A stretch of DNA of 64,000 nt from Nannocystis bainbridge (lineage in GTDB: Bacteria; Myxococcota_A; Polyangia; Nannocystales; Nannocystaceae), in NCBI RefSeq assembly GCF_028368995.1, contig NZ_JAQNDL010000003.1, positions 2,624,001-2,688,000 on the forward strand, in the 5' to 3' direction. The notes under the pieces are model-generated. The model worked only from the letters and a program-made list of their open reading frames with translations. It was not told where the DNA came from and did no database searches. Positions 37,159 to 46,918 of the stretch are shown here, one piece after another (position 1 is the stretch's first letter; every line of letters begins with the position of its first letter). The position numbers and the translations under genes were made by a program.

Positions 37159-39072
37159 ATGCTTCGTCCACGCGTCGCCGCGTTCCTGGTCCTCCCGTTG
37201 CTCCCCGTGATCGCCTGTCAGGGCGGCGCCGAACAACAACAGCCGGCGGCGCAGAAGGGCAAGCCGGCGCGGGTCGTCGACAGGAAGGGCGACGGCAAGG
37301 CCGAGACCAAGCTCGAGGGCAAGGAGGTCGAGAAGGCCCCGGGCCAGGCCGCCGAGGCCAGGGCGTTCGTCGAGCGCGTCGACGGCGAGCTGCGCGCGCT
37401 CGCGGTCGCCTCGAGCAAGGCCGAGTGGGACAAGAACACCAACATCACCGACGCCACCGAGAAGGCCGCGGCCGACGCCAACGAGAAGTTGATGGAGTTC
37501 ATGGCCAGGACCATCAAGGAAGCCACGACCTTCACCGGCGGCGACATCGACCCCGAGACGGCGCGCAAGCTGCACCTGCTCAAGGTCACCGCCAGCCCGC
37601 CGCCGGCCCCCGGCGACCCCGACAAGCGCAAGCGGCTGGCCGAGCTCGGCGCCAAGATGGAGGGCATCTACGGCAAGGGCAAGGCGTGCGAGGGCGCGAA
37701 GTGCAAGGACCTCGGCGCGCTCGAGGACATCATCGGCACCAGCCGCAAGTACGACGAGCTGCTCAAGGCGTGGACCGGCTGGCACAAGATCGCCGTCGAG
37801 CTGCGGCCGCTGTATCAGGAGTTCGTCGGCCTCGCCAACGAGGGCGCCAAGGAGATCGGCTACAAGGACCTCGGCGAGCTGTGGCGCGCCGGCTACGACA
37901 TGAGCCCGGCCGACTTCGAGCAGGAGACCGAGCGGCTGTGGACGCAGGTCCAGCCGCTCTACGACAAGCTGCACTGCTACGTGCGCGGCAAGCTGGCCGA
38001 CAAGTACGGCAAGGACAAGGTCCCGGCCGAGGGCCTGATCCCGGCGCACCTGCTCGGCAACATGTGGGCGCAGGAGTGGGCCAACATCTATCCGCTGGTC
38101 GAGCCGTTCCCCGGGGCCGCCAGCCTCGACGTCACCGGCGCGCTGAAGAAGGCCAAGTACGACGAGGTCAAGCTGGTCAAGCTCGGCGAGTCGTTCTTCA
38201 CCTCGGTCGGCCTCGACCCGCTGCCGGCGACCTTCTGGGAGCGCTCGATGCTGCAGAAGCCGAAGGACCGCGAGGTCGTGTGCCACGCGAGCGCCTGGGA
38301 CGTCGACTTCAACGACGACCTGCGGATCAAGATGTGCATCAAGATCAACCAGGAGGACCTGGTCACGGTCCACCACGAGCTCGGGCACAACTATTATTAT
38401 CACTACTATTACAAGCTGCCGCTGCTGTTCCAGAACGGCGCCCACGACGGCTTCCACGAGGCGATCGGCGACGCGATCGCGCTGTCGATCACGCCGGCCT
38501 ACCTCAAGCAGATCGGCCTCATCGACGCGGTCCCGGCCGACGACAAGGGCCTCATCAACCTGCAGATGCAGGACGCGCTCGAGAAGATCGCGTTCCTGCC
38601 GTTCGGCAAGCTGATCGATCAATGGCGCTGGGACGTGTTCTCCGGCAAGACCGCGCCGGAGCAGTACAACGAGGCCTGGTGGGCGCTGCGCGCCAAGTAC
38701 CAGGGCATCGCCCCGCCGGAGGGCCGCCCGGACCCCGAGTTCTTCGACGCCGGCGCGAAGTACCACATCCCGGCCAACGTGCCGTACACCCGCTATTTCC
38801 TGGCGCGGATCCTCCAGTTCCAGTTCCACAAGGCGCTGTGCGAGGCCGCCGGTCACACCGGGCCGCTGCACGAGTGCTCGATCTACGGCAAGACCGCCGC
38901 CGGCGACAAGCTCAAGGCGATGCTCGCCCTCGGCTCGTCCAAGCCGTGGCCCGAGGCGATGGCCGCCCTCACTGGCACCAAGCAGATGGACGCCGGGGCG
39001 ATGATCGAGTACTTCGCGCCGCTCGAGAAGTGGCTCGACGAGCAGAATCAGGGCAAGAAGTGCGGCTGGTGA
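37159..39072 (+). CDS. M2-family peptidyl-dipeptidase (ACE-like), lipoprotein
   Basis: PAHLLGNMWAQ, CHASAWD, HHELGH, GFHEAIG and KYHIP motifs; lipobox VIAC. Confidence 0.95.
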   Translation: MLRPRVAAFLVLPLLPVIACQGGAEQQQPAAQKGKPARVVDRKGDGKAETKLEGKEVEKAPGQAAEARAFVERVDGELRALAVASSKAEWDKNTNITDATEKAAADANEKLMEFMARTIKEATTFTGGDIDPETARKLHLLKVTASPPPAPGDPDKRKRLAELGAKMEGIYGKGKACEGAKCKDLGALEDIIGTSRKYDELLKAWTGWHKIAVELRPLYQEFVGLANEGAKEIGYKDLGELWRAGYDMSPADFEQETERLWTQVQPLYDKLHCYVRGKLADKYGKDKVPAEGLIPAHLLGNMWAQEWANIYPLVEPFPGAASLDVTGALKKAKYDEVKLVKLGESFFTSVGLDPLPATFWERSMLQKPKDREVVCHASAWDVDFNDDLRIKMCIKINQEDLVTVHHELGHNYYYHYYYKLPLLFQNGAHDGFHEAIGDAIALSITPAYLKQIGLIDAVPADDKGLINLQMQDALEKIAFLPFGKLIDQWRWDVFSGKTAPEQYNEAWWALRAKYQGIAPPEGRPDPEFFDAGAKYHIPANVPYTRYFLARILQFQFHKALCEAAGHTGPLHECSIYGKTAAGDKLKAMLALGSSKPWPEAMAALTGTKQMDAGAMIEYFAPLEKWLDEQNQGKKCGW

Positions 39073-39176
39073 GCTGAGCCCACGCGCGCACCATGAGCGA
39101 AGAGCCGGCTCTCGCGGTGCGAGGGTCGGCGCTTTCGTTCGGCGCTCGCCGCCTGTGACCGGCGTCGATTCGGCGT

Positions 39177-40046
39177 ATGCTGGCGAGCATGCGCCGAGTC
39201 GTCGGTTCCGTGGTGATGGTCCTGGCGTGCGGGCCCGGGCCCGCGGACGAGTCCGCGGGCATCACGAGCGCCTTCACGAGCAGCACCGCCGGCGAAGAGG
39301 CGAGCGCGCCGACCACCGCGATCACGACCGGCGGTGAGACCTTCGTCGGCTGTGACATCGTGCTGCGCGGGGATGTCGACGACACCGCCTCGGTGCAGGC
39401 GGCCCTCGACGGCGCGAGCGACGGCGCCACGATCTGCTTCGAGGGAGTCTTCGCGCTCGGGCCGATCCACGGGGCCCGGCGCAACGCGCTCGGGATCCTC
39501 GTGGTCGGGTCCACCGGCGTGGCGCTGTTCGGCAGCGACATCGAGGGCAACGACGGCGACAACTTCGCCCCGCCCGGCACGCTCGCGGCGGCGATGCCTC
39601 CGCACGTCGGGGTGATGGTGCTCGCCAGTGACGCCGTCGAGGTCCACGGCAATGCGATCGCCGACAATCCGACCACCGGCGTCGCGGTCGTCAGCCTCGC
39701 GGCCCTGCTCGGTTTGAACCTGCTGCCGGCCGATCACGGGCTCGGGTTCGACGGCTACCCCGAGACTGTCGACATTCACGACAACCTCATCGAAAACAAC
39801 GGCCTCGCGCCCGCCGAGCTGTTCCGCGACGGGTTCATGCTCGACCCCATGGCCCAGCTCGCGTGGGACGGGGTCGTCGACCTCGCCAAGGACAACGGCG
39901 AGGGCCAGCTCGACCTGTGCATCCGCGCCAACGGCGACGCCGACTTCGTCGACTTCGATGCGCTCGGGCTCGGCGCCGGCAAGTCCTTCGACCTCGCCCC
40001 GCACGACTGCGCCCACCCGCCGCTGCCGCCGGTCGAGGTGCCGTGA
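39177..40046 (+). CDS. Parallel beta-helix lipoprotein, apparently internally shortened
   Basis: VQAAL..A..GATI, NFAPPG, VEVHGN.I.DN and IHDN..ENNG; central coils appear to be missing. Confidence 0.6.
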   Translation: MLASMRRVVGSVVMVLACGPGPADESAGITSAFTSSTAGEEASAPTTAITTGGETFVGCDIVLRGDVDDTASVQAALDGASDGATICFEGVFALGPIHGARRNALGILVVGSTGVALFGSDIEGNDGDNFAPPGTLAAAMPPHVGVMVLASDAVEVHGNAIADNPTTGVAVVSLAALLGLNLLPADHGLGFDGYPETVDIHDNLIENNGLAPAELFRDGFMLDPMAQLAWDGVVDLAKDNGEGQLDLCIRANGDADFVDFDALGLGAGKSFDLAPHDCAHPPLPPVEVP

Positions 40047-40140
40047 GGGCCACGCAGCCCTGAAACGAGAGAGCCGACCTCGCGCGCTCTGGGTGCGCGG
40101 AGGTCGGCTCGGTGCGTGTCGCTGGCTTGGTCGAGCGAGC

Positions 40141-41985
40141 TTACGGGCAGGCCTTGGTGCGGCCGACCTTGAGCTGGCAGATCGCGTCGGCGAACGAGGC
40201 CGAGAACACGTCGCGGCGCACGCCGGTCTGGGCCTTGCCGAGGTTGTCGAGGTCGGGGCTGAGCTGGCCGAGCTTCTCGCGCAGGGTCGTCTCGGTGGTC
40301 CACATCTCGGCCGCGGCGCGGCGGATCGCCACGTCCTCGTCGAACGCGTTGAACACCGTGACGATCGGCTCCTTGTCGCCGCCCAGCGGCACGCCGGCGG
40401 CCTTGACGGCCAGGTTGAAGCGGTCGGCGTCGAGCGCGAACAGGATGTTGAAGTCGTCGCGCGACGGGTAGAGGGCGCGGATGGCGTCGAGCTCGTTGTC
40501 GTCGAAGTCGCCCTCGCCGAGGTTCTGGTCGACCTCCCAGCGCAGGTCGTCGTCCTTGTTGATCATGCCGACGTTGTGGCAGCCCATGCACGACTTGCCG
40601 TTGCGGACCACGCCGTCGGGGGCGTTCTTGTCCTGGACGATCTGGATCGGCGCGTCGTCGATGCGGCCGCCGAACTCGTCGACGATCATGTAGCCCTGCA
40701 TGCCGTTCGGCAGGTTGTAGATGATCTCGCTGCCGTCCTCGGCGAAGTCGAACGGGTCGACGAACACGTTGGCGTCGCCGGCGTTGCTGCCGAAGTCGTA
40801 GCTGATCCAGTACGAGCGGTTGCTGGCGTTGGGGAAGTCGTGGCGCTCGATCACCCGGTGGTTCTCGGACACGCCCGAGTCGTGGAAGGCCGAGCGCGCG
40901 ACCCGGTTCGGGTTGGTGTCGACCTCCTCCTGGATGTTCGCCTCGACGTCGATGCCGAAGCTCGCCTCGAGCTCCTGGCGGGTCAGCGGGATGCGCAGGA
41001 CATCGTGGTAGAGCGGCGGCTGGGCGGCGACCTCGACGAACGCGTCGGCCTGCAGCAGGAAGAACTTGGTGCCGGTGGCCAGCTTCACGTCCTCGGCGCT
41101 GTCGCCGATGAACTCGATCGCGTACGGGTCCTTGGCCGCGATCAGCTCCCACGTGTCCTTGAAGGTCTCGGTGACGCTGCCGACCGAGGGGTCGAGCACG
41201 GTGCCCGGGGCGTCCCAGTCGTAGTCGCGGATGTCGATGCGGAAGATCAGGTTGTCCGGATCGATCGGCGACGGCGCGACGACCTTGATCTCGTTCGACA
41301 GGCTGTTGACCAGCTTCGACAGCGCGTGGCGGTAGATGTCGATCTGGTCCGAGCACCAGCCGTAGTTGTAGAGGTGGACCAGGCTGAAGTAGCGGATGAA
41401 GGGCCGCGCGTCGGCCGAGATCTCCTGCGTGTTGAGCAGGTCGGCGCGGATCATGTCGATCACCTGCGAGCGGGTGATCCACGGGTTGTCGCCGCAGCCG
41501 GTGACGCCGGCGCACTCGCCGATCCACTGCTCGACGACGCGGATGTCGTCGTCGGTCGGCCGCTGGGTCTCGGCCTCCGGGGGCATCGGCGCCATGGTGG
41601 CGGCCATGCGGCGGTACAGCGCCGAGTTGTTGGGCTGACCGGGGACGACCTTGCCGTTCTTGATCAGGGCGTCGAGGTTGGTGATGTAATTGATGCTGCC
41701 GAGCGCGGCGCTCTCGGGGCCGTGGCACTTGGAGCAGTTGACATCCATGATGTCGAGCGTCTTGGCCGAGAGCTCGCCGCAGTTGGCGACGCCGTTCTCG
41801 CCGTCGGTGCCGCCGGACGTGCCGTCGGTGCCCGGGCCGGAGGCGGACTCGCTGCCCTCGGTGCCTTCGCTGTCGTCGCCTCCGTCCCCGTTGCCGGGCA
41901 GGACGACGGTCTTACAGGCGCCTGTGACGAACAGGGCGAGAGCGGCGGCGGCGAGCGGGATCGTGGAGGATGTACGTTGGGACAT
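40141..41985 (-). CDS. Di-heme c-type cytochrome lipoprotein
   Basis: Lipobox TGAC; CSKCH followed by VVPG.P..S.LY..M...MPP (planctomycete cytochrome-c-like); second heme motif CMGCH. Confidence 0.82.
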   Translation of the reverse strand: MSQRTSSTIPLAAAALALFVTGACKTVVLPGNGDGGDDSEGTEGSESASGPGTDGTSGGTDGENGVANCGELSAKTLDIMDVNCSKCHGPESAALGSINYITNLDALIKNGKVVPGQPNNSALYRRMAATMAPMPPEAETQRPTDDDIRVVEQWIGECAGVTGCGDNPWITRSQVIDMIRADLLNTQEISADARPFIRYFSLVHLYNYGWCSDQIDIYRHALSKLVNSLSNEIKVVAPSPIDPDNLIFRIDIRDYDWDAPGTVLDPSVGSVTETFKDTWELIAAKDPYAIEFIGDSAEDVKLATGTKFFLLQADAFVEVAAQPPLYHDVLRIPLTRQELEASFGIDVEANIQEEVDTNPNRVARSAFHDSGVSENHRVIERHDFPNASNRSYWISYDFGSNAGDANVFVDPFDFAEDGSEIIYNLPNGMQGYMIVDEFGGRIDDAPIQIVQDKNAPDGVVRNGKSCMGCHNVGMINKDDDLRWEVDQNLGEGDFDDNELDAIRALYPSRDDFNILFALDADRFNLAVKAAGVPLGGDKEPIVTVFNAFDEDVAIRRAAAEMWTTETTLREKLGQLSPDLDNLGKAQTGVRRDVFSASFADAICQLKVGRTKACP

Positions 41986-42411
41986 GGTCGAAAGCGCTGG
42001 TTGAGGAGGTGGCGCGAAGCTGTGGAGATTTCGCCCGGTCCGGACGAGGCGCGCCGTGGCGCCGGGGATGTGCGGGACCGAATCGAGGGTGGGAACGACG
42101 CGCCCTCCGTGGCGCCCCGAAGAGAGCGCCCTGACTTGGGCGGTCCCCCCGGCGTCACGGGTAACGGGGCTCGCTCGCTCGATCACCGCGCCCGGGACAA
42201 TTTTGGAGATGGGCGCCAAACGTGCCCTCGGCGACGTTATGGCAACAGGACACGATTAGCCGGAATCTCCGAGCACGCCACGATTTTCAAGTCGAACAGG
42301 TCCTAGGACCTGTTTTTCGCTGTTTCTCGTGCGTCGCACCGCGCGCCGTTGCGCCAATGACCGCTGCGCGATTCGTCTTCGGCGAATCGCGTGACCACGT
42401 GGCGATATGAT

Positions 42412-42570
42412 AGGCATGTCCCCGAGGACAGGTCGACGCCACGCCGAGGTCGAGCCCGCTGGACCCGCGCCACAGGTGCGGTGGTGCATGTCCCGAGGGA
42501 CAGGCGAGCCGACGCGACTGACATGTCCCGAGGGACATACTCGATCAAGATGTCTCGAAGGACAGATCGC
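42412..42570. repeat. Four GACAT/GACAG motif pairs at 14-bp spacing
   Basis: Cores at 42415/42429, 42487/42501, 42522/42536 and 42549/42563. Confidence 0.75.
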
Positions 42571-42599
42571 AGCCCGCGCCCCGCACGAGCCGCGGCCGC

Positions 42600-43031
42600 T
42601 CAGAGCGAGGCGCTGCCGGTCATGGTCGGCTGGTCGCTGACCTGCTGGTGCAGCCACGCGATCGCCGGGGCCTCGTCGTTGAACATCGACATCGGCAGCG
42701 GGCGGGTGTTCTGCGCCATGAAGTAGCGGCCGAGCTGGTGGCCGCTCGGCGTGGCGACCAGCAGCGCGACGGCGAAGCAGCCGCAGGCGAGGTCGGGGTC
42801 GGCGTAGTGCTCGCGCACGCCGGCCTGCAGGGCGCGGACGATGCGGATGTCGATCAGGACCGGCCGCAGGTGGCCGCCGGTCATCCGCACCAGGGCGGAT
42901 GTGTTCTCGCGGGCGTCCATGAGGGTCTGCGTGCGGGTTGTCAGCAGGCGCTGGACGATGACCCCGTCGGCGCGCTCCTCGTAGCGCGAGGTGCTGGTCG
43001 TGATCGACCGGAGGATAGCCGCCATGTTCAT
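42600..43031 (-). CDS. Small STAS/SpoIIAA-like hypothetical protein
   Basis: RPVLIDIR...R.HY...AVALLV...MFNDEAPAIAWL pattern. Confidence 0.7.
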   Translation of the reverse strand: MNMAAILRSITTSTSRYEERADGVIVQRLLTTRTQTLMDARENTSALVRMTGGHLRPVLIDIRIVRALQAGVREHYADPDLACGCFAVALLVATPSGHQLGRYFMAQNTRPLPMSMFNDEAPAIAWLHQQVSDQPTMTGSASL

Positions 43032-43193
43032 TGTTCCGTCTCGGGTGGGGGGCATAATCCACAATGCAGTGGTGCCCGGCAACCGCGGACTCGCGTGCGC
43101 CTGCTTTTGCACACCCCGCCCCGCGCGATCGGCGGCCGGCGCGGGGGCGCGCGGTTTGACTCGCCCGGGAGTTCGGCAACACACTCCGCGCCC

Positions 43194-43706
43194 ATGAAGA
43201 TCGGCATCGAACTGCTGCGCGACCCGACCCGCGTCCTCGACCTGTGGAAGCGCCTGTCCGCAAAGACATTCGGCAAGCAGCTGTTCGCGCGCGCCATCTC
43301 GCTGGCGGTGCCCTACACCGGCAGCATCTCGCCGCTGGTGCTCGAGCTCGAGGAGGGCCGCGCCAAGGTGCAGATGCGCGACCGCTGGGGCGTGCGCAAT
43401 CACCTCCGCAGCGTGCACGCGGTCGCGCTGATGAACCTCGGCGAGGCCGTGACGGGCCTGGCGGTGATGAGCCTGCTCCCGCCCGGGGCGCGAGGCATCG
43501 TGCGCGAGCTGGCGATGGAGTACGTGAAAAAGGCGCGCGGGACGATCACCGGCGACGCTCGCGTAGAGGTGCCTGCGGGCTCGGGGACGCATGAATTCGA
43601 GGTCACCGGCGAGCTCCGCAACAGCATCGGCGAGGTCGTCGCGCGGGTGCGGGCCCGCTGGCGCATCGACGTGCCCGAAGCCGACGGCGCCGCAGCCGCC
43701 AGCTGA
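43194..43706 (+). CDS. Hotdog-fold thioesterase-like protein (DUF4442-like)
   Basis: PYTGSI, NHLRSVHAVALMNLGE and YVKKARG. Confidence 0.88.
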   Translation: MKIGIELLRDPTRVLDLWKRLSAKTFGKQLFARAISLAVPYTGSISPLVLELEEGRAKVQMRDRWGVRNHLRSVHAVALMNLGEAVTGLAVMSLLPPGARGIVRELAMEYVKKARGTITGDARVEVPAGSGTHEFEVTGELRNSIGEVVARVRARWRIDVPEADGAAAAS

Positions 43707-43912
43707 GCTCACGGGGCTGTCGAACGAAAATTCCAAGCCGCCGCGACATGAAGCGACGGCCCCAGCTCACGGAGCGGACGCACGGCATGCGCGGCCGAGG
43801 CGGGTGCGCCGGCGACCACGCGGTGAAGCGCACGCGCGTGGTGCCGACGCGATCTCGCAGGCGCGACGCGTGAGCGCGAGCCGCCCGGCGAGAGGTCCGC
43901 GGTAGCTCCAGA

Positions 43913-43936
43913 GGACATGTCCTTCGGGACATCTTG
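43913..43936. repeat. GGACATGTCC pair
   Basis: GGACATGTCC-ttcg-GGACATCTTG. Confidence 0.7.
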
Positions 43937-44210
43937 TGCACGGCGCGTTCGTCCGGCGAGGCGGGTGAGGTGGCTCGGCGGTGGCAGGTCCTCCCGGTAG
44001 GCACCGCCCGCGCAACGCCGCGCGGGGAAGTGAGGAAGCGTCGGCCGCGGCGCCCCGTCGCTGCGCCGCGGTCGCTGCAGACGCATGTTTCACCCGGCCT
44101 CCGCGCGCGCCGGCGCGAGCGGCTGGCGACCGCGATCCGGCCCCGGCGCGCGGCCCTGGGCGCAGTCACGCGCGCGCCTGCGTGCTCGCGGGCTGATAGG
44201 CTCGCCGCGC

Positions 44211-45920
44211 ATGACCGCGAGCGCCTCGACCTTCCCTCCGCTGCTCGTCACCCCGCCGGCTGCCGGCTTCGATCGCGCCGCCGCGCGTGACCTGGTCAAA
44301 GAGTCAGGTCTCGCCGCCGCCCTGCACAAGCTGGTGCGGGCGCCGTTCGGGCACACGGTGCTGAGCCTGCGGGCGCTCGAGGCCGCGATCGAGGCGACCG
44401 ACCTGGCGCTGCAGGCCGGCGACGCGCTGCACGCGGCGCTGCTCGAGGACCTGGCCCGCGCCGGCTCGCTGGCGCTGCCGGAGCCGACCCGCGACCAGCG
44501 GATGTTCGTCGGCGCGTTCACCCTGACGGTCCTCGGCGACGCCACGGCGCCGCGGCTGGCCGTGGTCGCGCCGACGCCGGAGGTCCACGGCGAGCTCGAG
44601 TCGGACGGCCTCGAGGACCTGCTGGTCCGGCCCGCCCGCGAGGCGGTCAAGAGCGCGTTGACCATGGCCGGCAAGTACCTCGAGGTCCAGGCCCAACGGC
44701 AGCCGGGCGCCACCTCGGCGCGGCTCGACGAGCGCGAGGTGTGGGCGGTGACGACCCTGCACGCGTTCGTGCTGCAGCTCGCGGGCGCGCTGCGGCGGCT
44801 GACCCACGCCGGCCGCCTGCGGCCGTTCGGCGTGGCCCTGGCCCAGCGCAAGGTCGTGGTCGGCGAGCTGCGCTACGAGGGCTTCCAGGCCCGCGGCGCC
44901 GAGGGCCCCGCCAGCGACCTCAAGCCCGTCAAGCTGCAGGACATCGTCGGCAATCAGGAGTACCTGCAGGCCGGGCTCAAGCTGGCGCGCGACGTCGCCG
45001 CGTATGACCTCAAGGCCAGGCGCGGGCCCAAGCAGCTCAACCCGGTGCTGTTCGGCCTGGGCCGGCCCGGCTGCGGCAAGACGATCACCGCCCACGCGAT
45101 CGGCAACTACTTCCTCGACTTCTGCAAGCAGCGCGACGTCCCGGCCCGCTTCAAGGTCATCCGCCGCACCGACTGGGCCTCGTCGTACCAGAACGCCAGC
45201 GCGGCGACCCTGGTCAAGATCTTCAAGGAGGAGGTCTACGGGTTCGAGGGCGTGTGCGGGGTCTACTGGCCGGACATCGACACCGCGTTCGCCTCGCGCG
45301 GCTCGGGCGACCTGCGCTCGGAGGAGAAGAACAACCTCGGCGCGGTGTTCGGGATCTTCGACGGCACGCTGATCCCCAAGGACGGCAAGTGGTTCATGAT
45401 CTGCGACGCGAACTACATGCAGATGGACGAGGCGACGCGCTCGCGGATCGCCCAGAACCCGTTCACCGTGCGCGGGCCGACCACCGCCGACGACTACGTG
45501 CACCTGCTGCGCGACGTGCTGCTCGGCGACCTGCGGCCGTTCGTGGCCCACGGCGAGGACGCCGGCTGGGCCGAGGTCGGCGCCGACCTGGTCAAGGCCG
45601 ACCTCAGCGGCCGCTCGGTCGAGAGCGTGGCCAACAACATCCGCGCGTTCGTGCAGGACTTCGAGTACCCCGACGAGTACTTCCGCGCCGACTTCGAGCG
45701 CCGCCGGCAGCTTATCCACGAGCTGTCGCGCCGGGTCGACATCGCCGCGGTCCGGCGGGAGGTCGCCGACTACGTCAGCTTCCACCGCGAGGCCGAGGAG
45801 CGCGAGGCCAGGGACCGGTTCGAGCGCGAGGTCGAGGCGATGGTCCAGCAGCTCAACGCCGGCCGGGCCGCCACCGCCCGCGCGGCCGCGGCCGCGGCGC
45901 GAGAGATCGTCGGCGACTGA
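44211..45920 (+). CDS. AAA+-type ATPase with non-canonical Walker B
   Basis: DIVGN, Walker A GRPGCGKT, VYWPDID, sensor-1 DAN, RSR and LSGR motifs. Confidence 0.8.
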   Translation: MTASASTFPPLLVTPPAAGFDRAAARDLVKESGLAAALHKLVRAPFGHTVLSLRALEAAIEATDLALQAGDALHAALLEDLARAGSLALPEPTRDQRMFVGAFTLTVLGDATAPRLAVVAPTPEVHGELESDGLEDLLVRPAREAVKSALTMAGKYLEVQAQRQPGATSARLDEREVWAVTTLHAFVLQLAGALRRLTHAGRLRPFGVALAQRKVVVGELRYEGFQARGAEGPASDLKPVKLQDIVGNQEYLQAGLKLARDVAAYDLKARRGPKQLNPVLFGLGRPGCGKTITAHAIGNYFLDFCKQRDVPARFKVIRRTDWASSYQNASAATLVKIFKEEVYGFEGVCGVYWPDIDTAFASRGSGDLRSEEKNNLGAVFGIFDGTLIPKDGKWFMICDANYMQMDEATRSRIAQNPFTVRGPTTADDYVHLLRDVLLGDLRPFVAHGEDAGWAEVGADLVKADLSGRSVESVANNIRAFVQDFEYPDEYFRADFERRRQLIHELSRRVDIAAVRREVADYVSFHREAEEREARDRFEREVEAMVQQLNAGRAATARAAAAAAREIVGD

Positions 45921-45984
45921 TGCTGTCCCCAGGGACATTGCCGCCAGGACATGCTGTTTCGGGCATGTCCTCGGGGACATGCCC
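45919..45984. repeat. 14-bp-period GGACATG array (5 units)
   Basis: Cores at 45922, 45936, 45950, 45964 and 45978. Confidence 0.85.
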
Positions 45985-46876
45985 CGAGGTGTGGGTGATC
46001 GACGCGACGGCGCTGCTGTTCCGCGCCTACTACGGGATGCCGGCCAGGCTGTCGCCGGCGGGCGAGCACGTCGGCGCGGTGCTGGGGCTCGGGCACCTGC
46101 TGCGCGGGCTGCTGCGGCGGGCGCCGGAGCGGGTGGTGCTGGTGTTCGACGCCGGGCGCATGACGTTTCGCAACCGCATCGACCCGCGCTACAAGGCCAA
46201 CCGTGGCGAGCCGCCGCCCGACCTGGCGCCGCAGTTCGAGCTGGCGCGGCGGCTCGGCGCGGCGGCCGGGTTCGTGGCGCTGAGCGTGCCCGACTTCGAG
46301 GCCGACGACCTGATGGCGACGCTGGCCCGCGGGGCGGCGGCGGCCGGCCTGCGCACGCGGCTGCTGAGCGTCGACAAGGACCTGTGCCAGCTCGTATGCG
46401 ACGAGTCGCCCGGGGTGGTGCTCGAGGACCCGCGCACGCAGGCGGTCTGCGACGCGGCCGGGGTGCAGCAGCGCATGGGCGTGCGGCCGTCGCAGGTGGT
46501 CGACTACATGGCGCTGGTCGGCGACACCAGCGACAACGTGCCCGGGGTCGCAGGCGTGGGGCCCAAGGCGGCCCAGGCCCTCATCGCCGCGTTCGGCGAC
46601 CTCGATTCGCTGTACGCCTCGCTCGGGCAGGTCGCCACGCTGCCGCTGCGCGGGGCCAAGGGGCTCTCGGCCAGGCTCGAGGCCGGGCGCGAGGCGGCCT
46701 TCCTCGCGCGCACGCTGGTGCGGCTCCACGACGCGGTCCCGCTCGGCGCGCTCGACCTACACGCGCACACGCGCTGGCGCGGGCCAGGCGAGGACGCGGA
46801 GGAATTCTTCGCCGCGCTCGGCAGCCCGGGCGCGCTCCGCGGGTTCAGGTCGATCGCGGCGCAGGATCGTGCGTGA
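45920..46876 (+). CDS. Stand-alone 5'-3' exonuclease/flap endonuclease (Pol I N-terminal-like)
   Basis: VID..LLFRAYY, VFD, YKANR, EADD, DKD and GDTSDNVPGVAGVGPK. Start is 45920, 45965 or 45989. Confidence 0.9.
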   Translation: MLSPGTLPPGHAVSGMSSGTCPEVWVIDATALLFRAYYGMPARLSPAGEHVGAVLGLGHLLRGLLRRAPERVVLVFDAGRMTFRNRIDPRYKANRGEPPPDLAPQFELARRLGAAAGFVALSVPDFEADDLMATLARGAAAAGLRTRLLSVDKDLCQLVCDESPGVVLEDPRTQAVCDAAGVQQRMGVRPSQVVDYMALVGDTSDNVPGVAGVGPKAAQALIAAFGDLDSLYASLGQVATLPLRGAKGLSARLEAGREAAFLARTLVRLHDAVPLGALDLHAHTRWRGPGEDAEEFFAALGSPGALRGFRSIAAQDRA

Positions 46877-46918
46877 GGGACAAGCGCGCGCCGACGCGGT
46901 AGGCTGGCCCGGTCCTCG

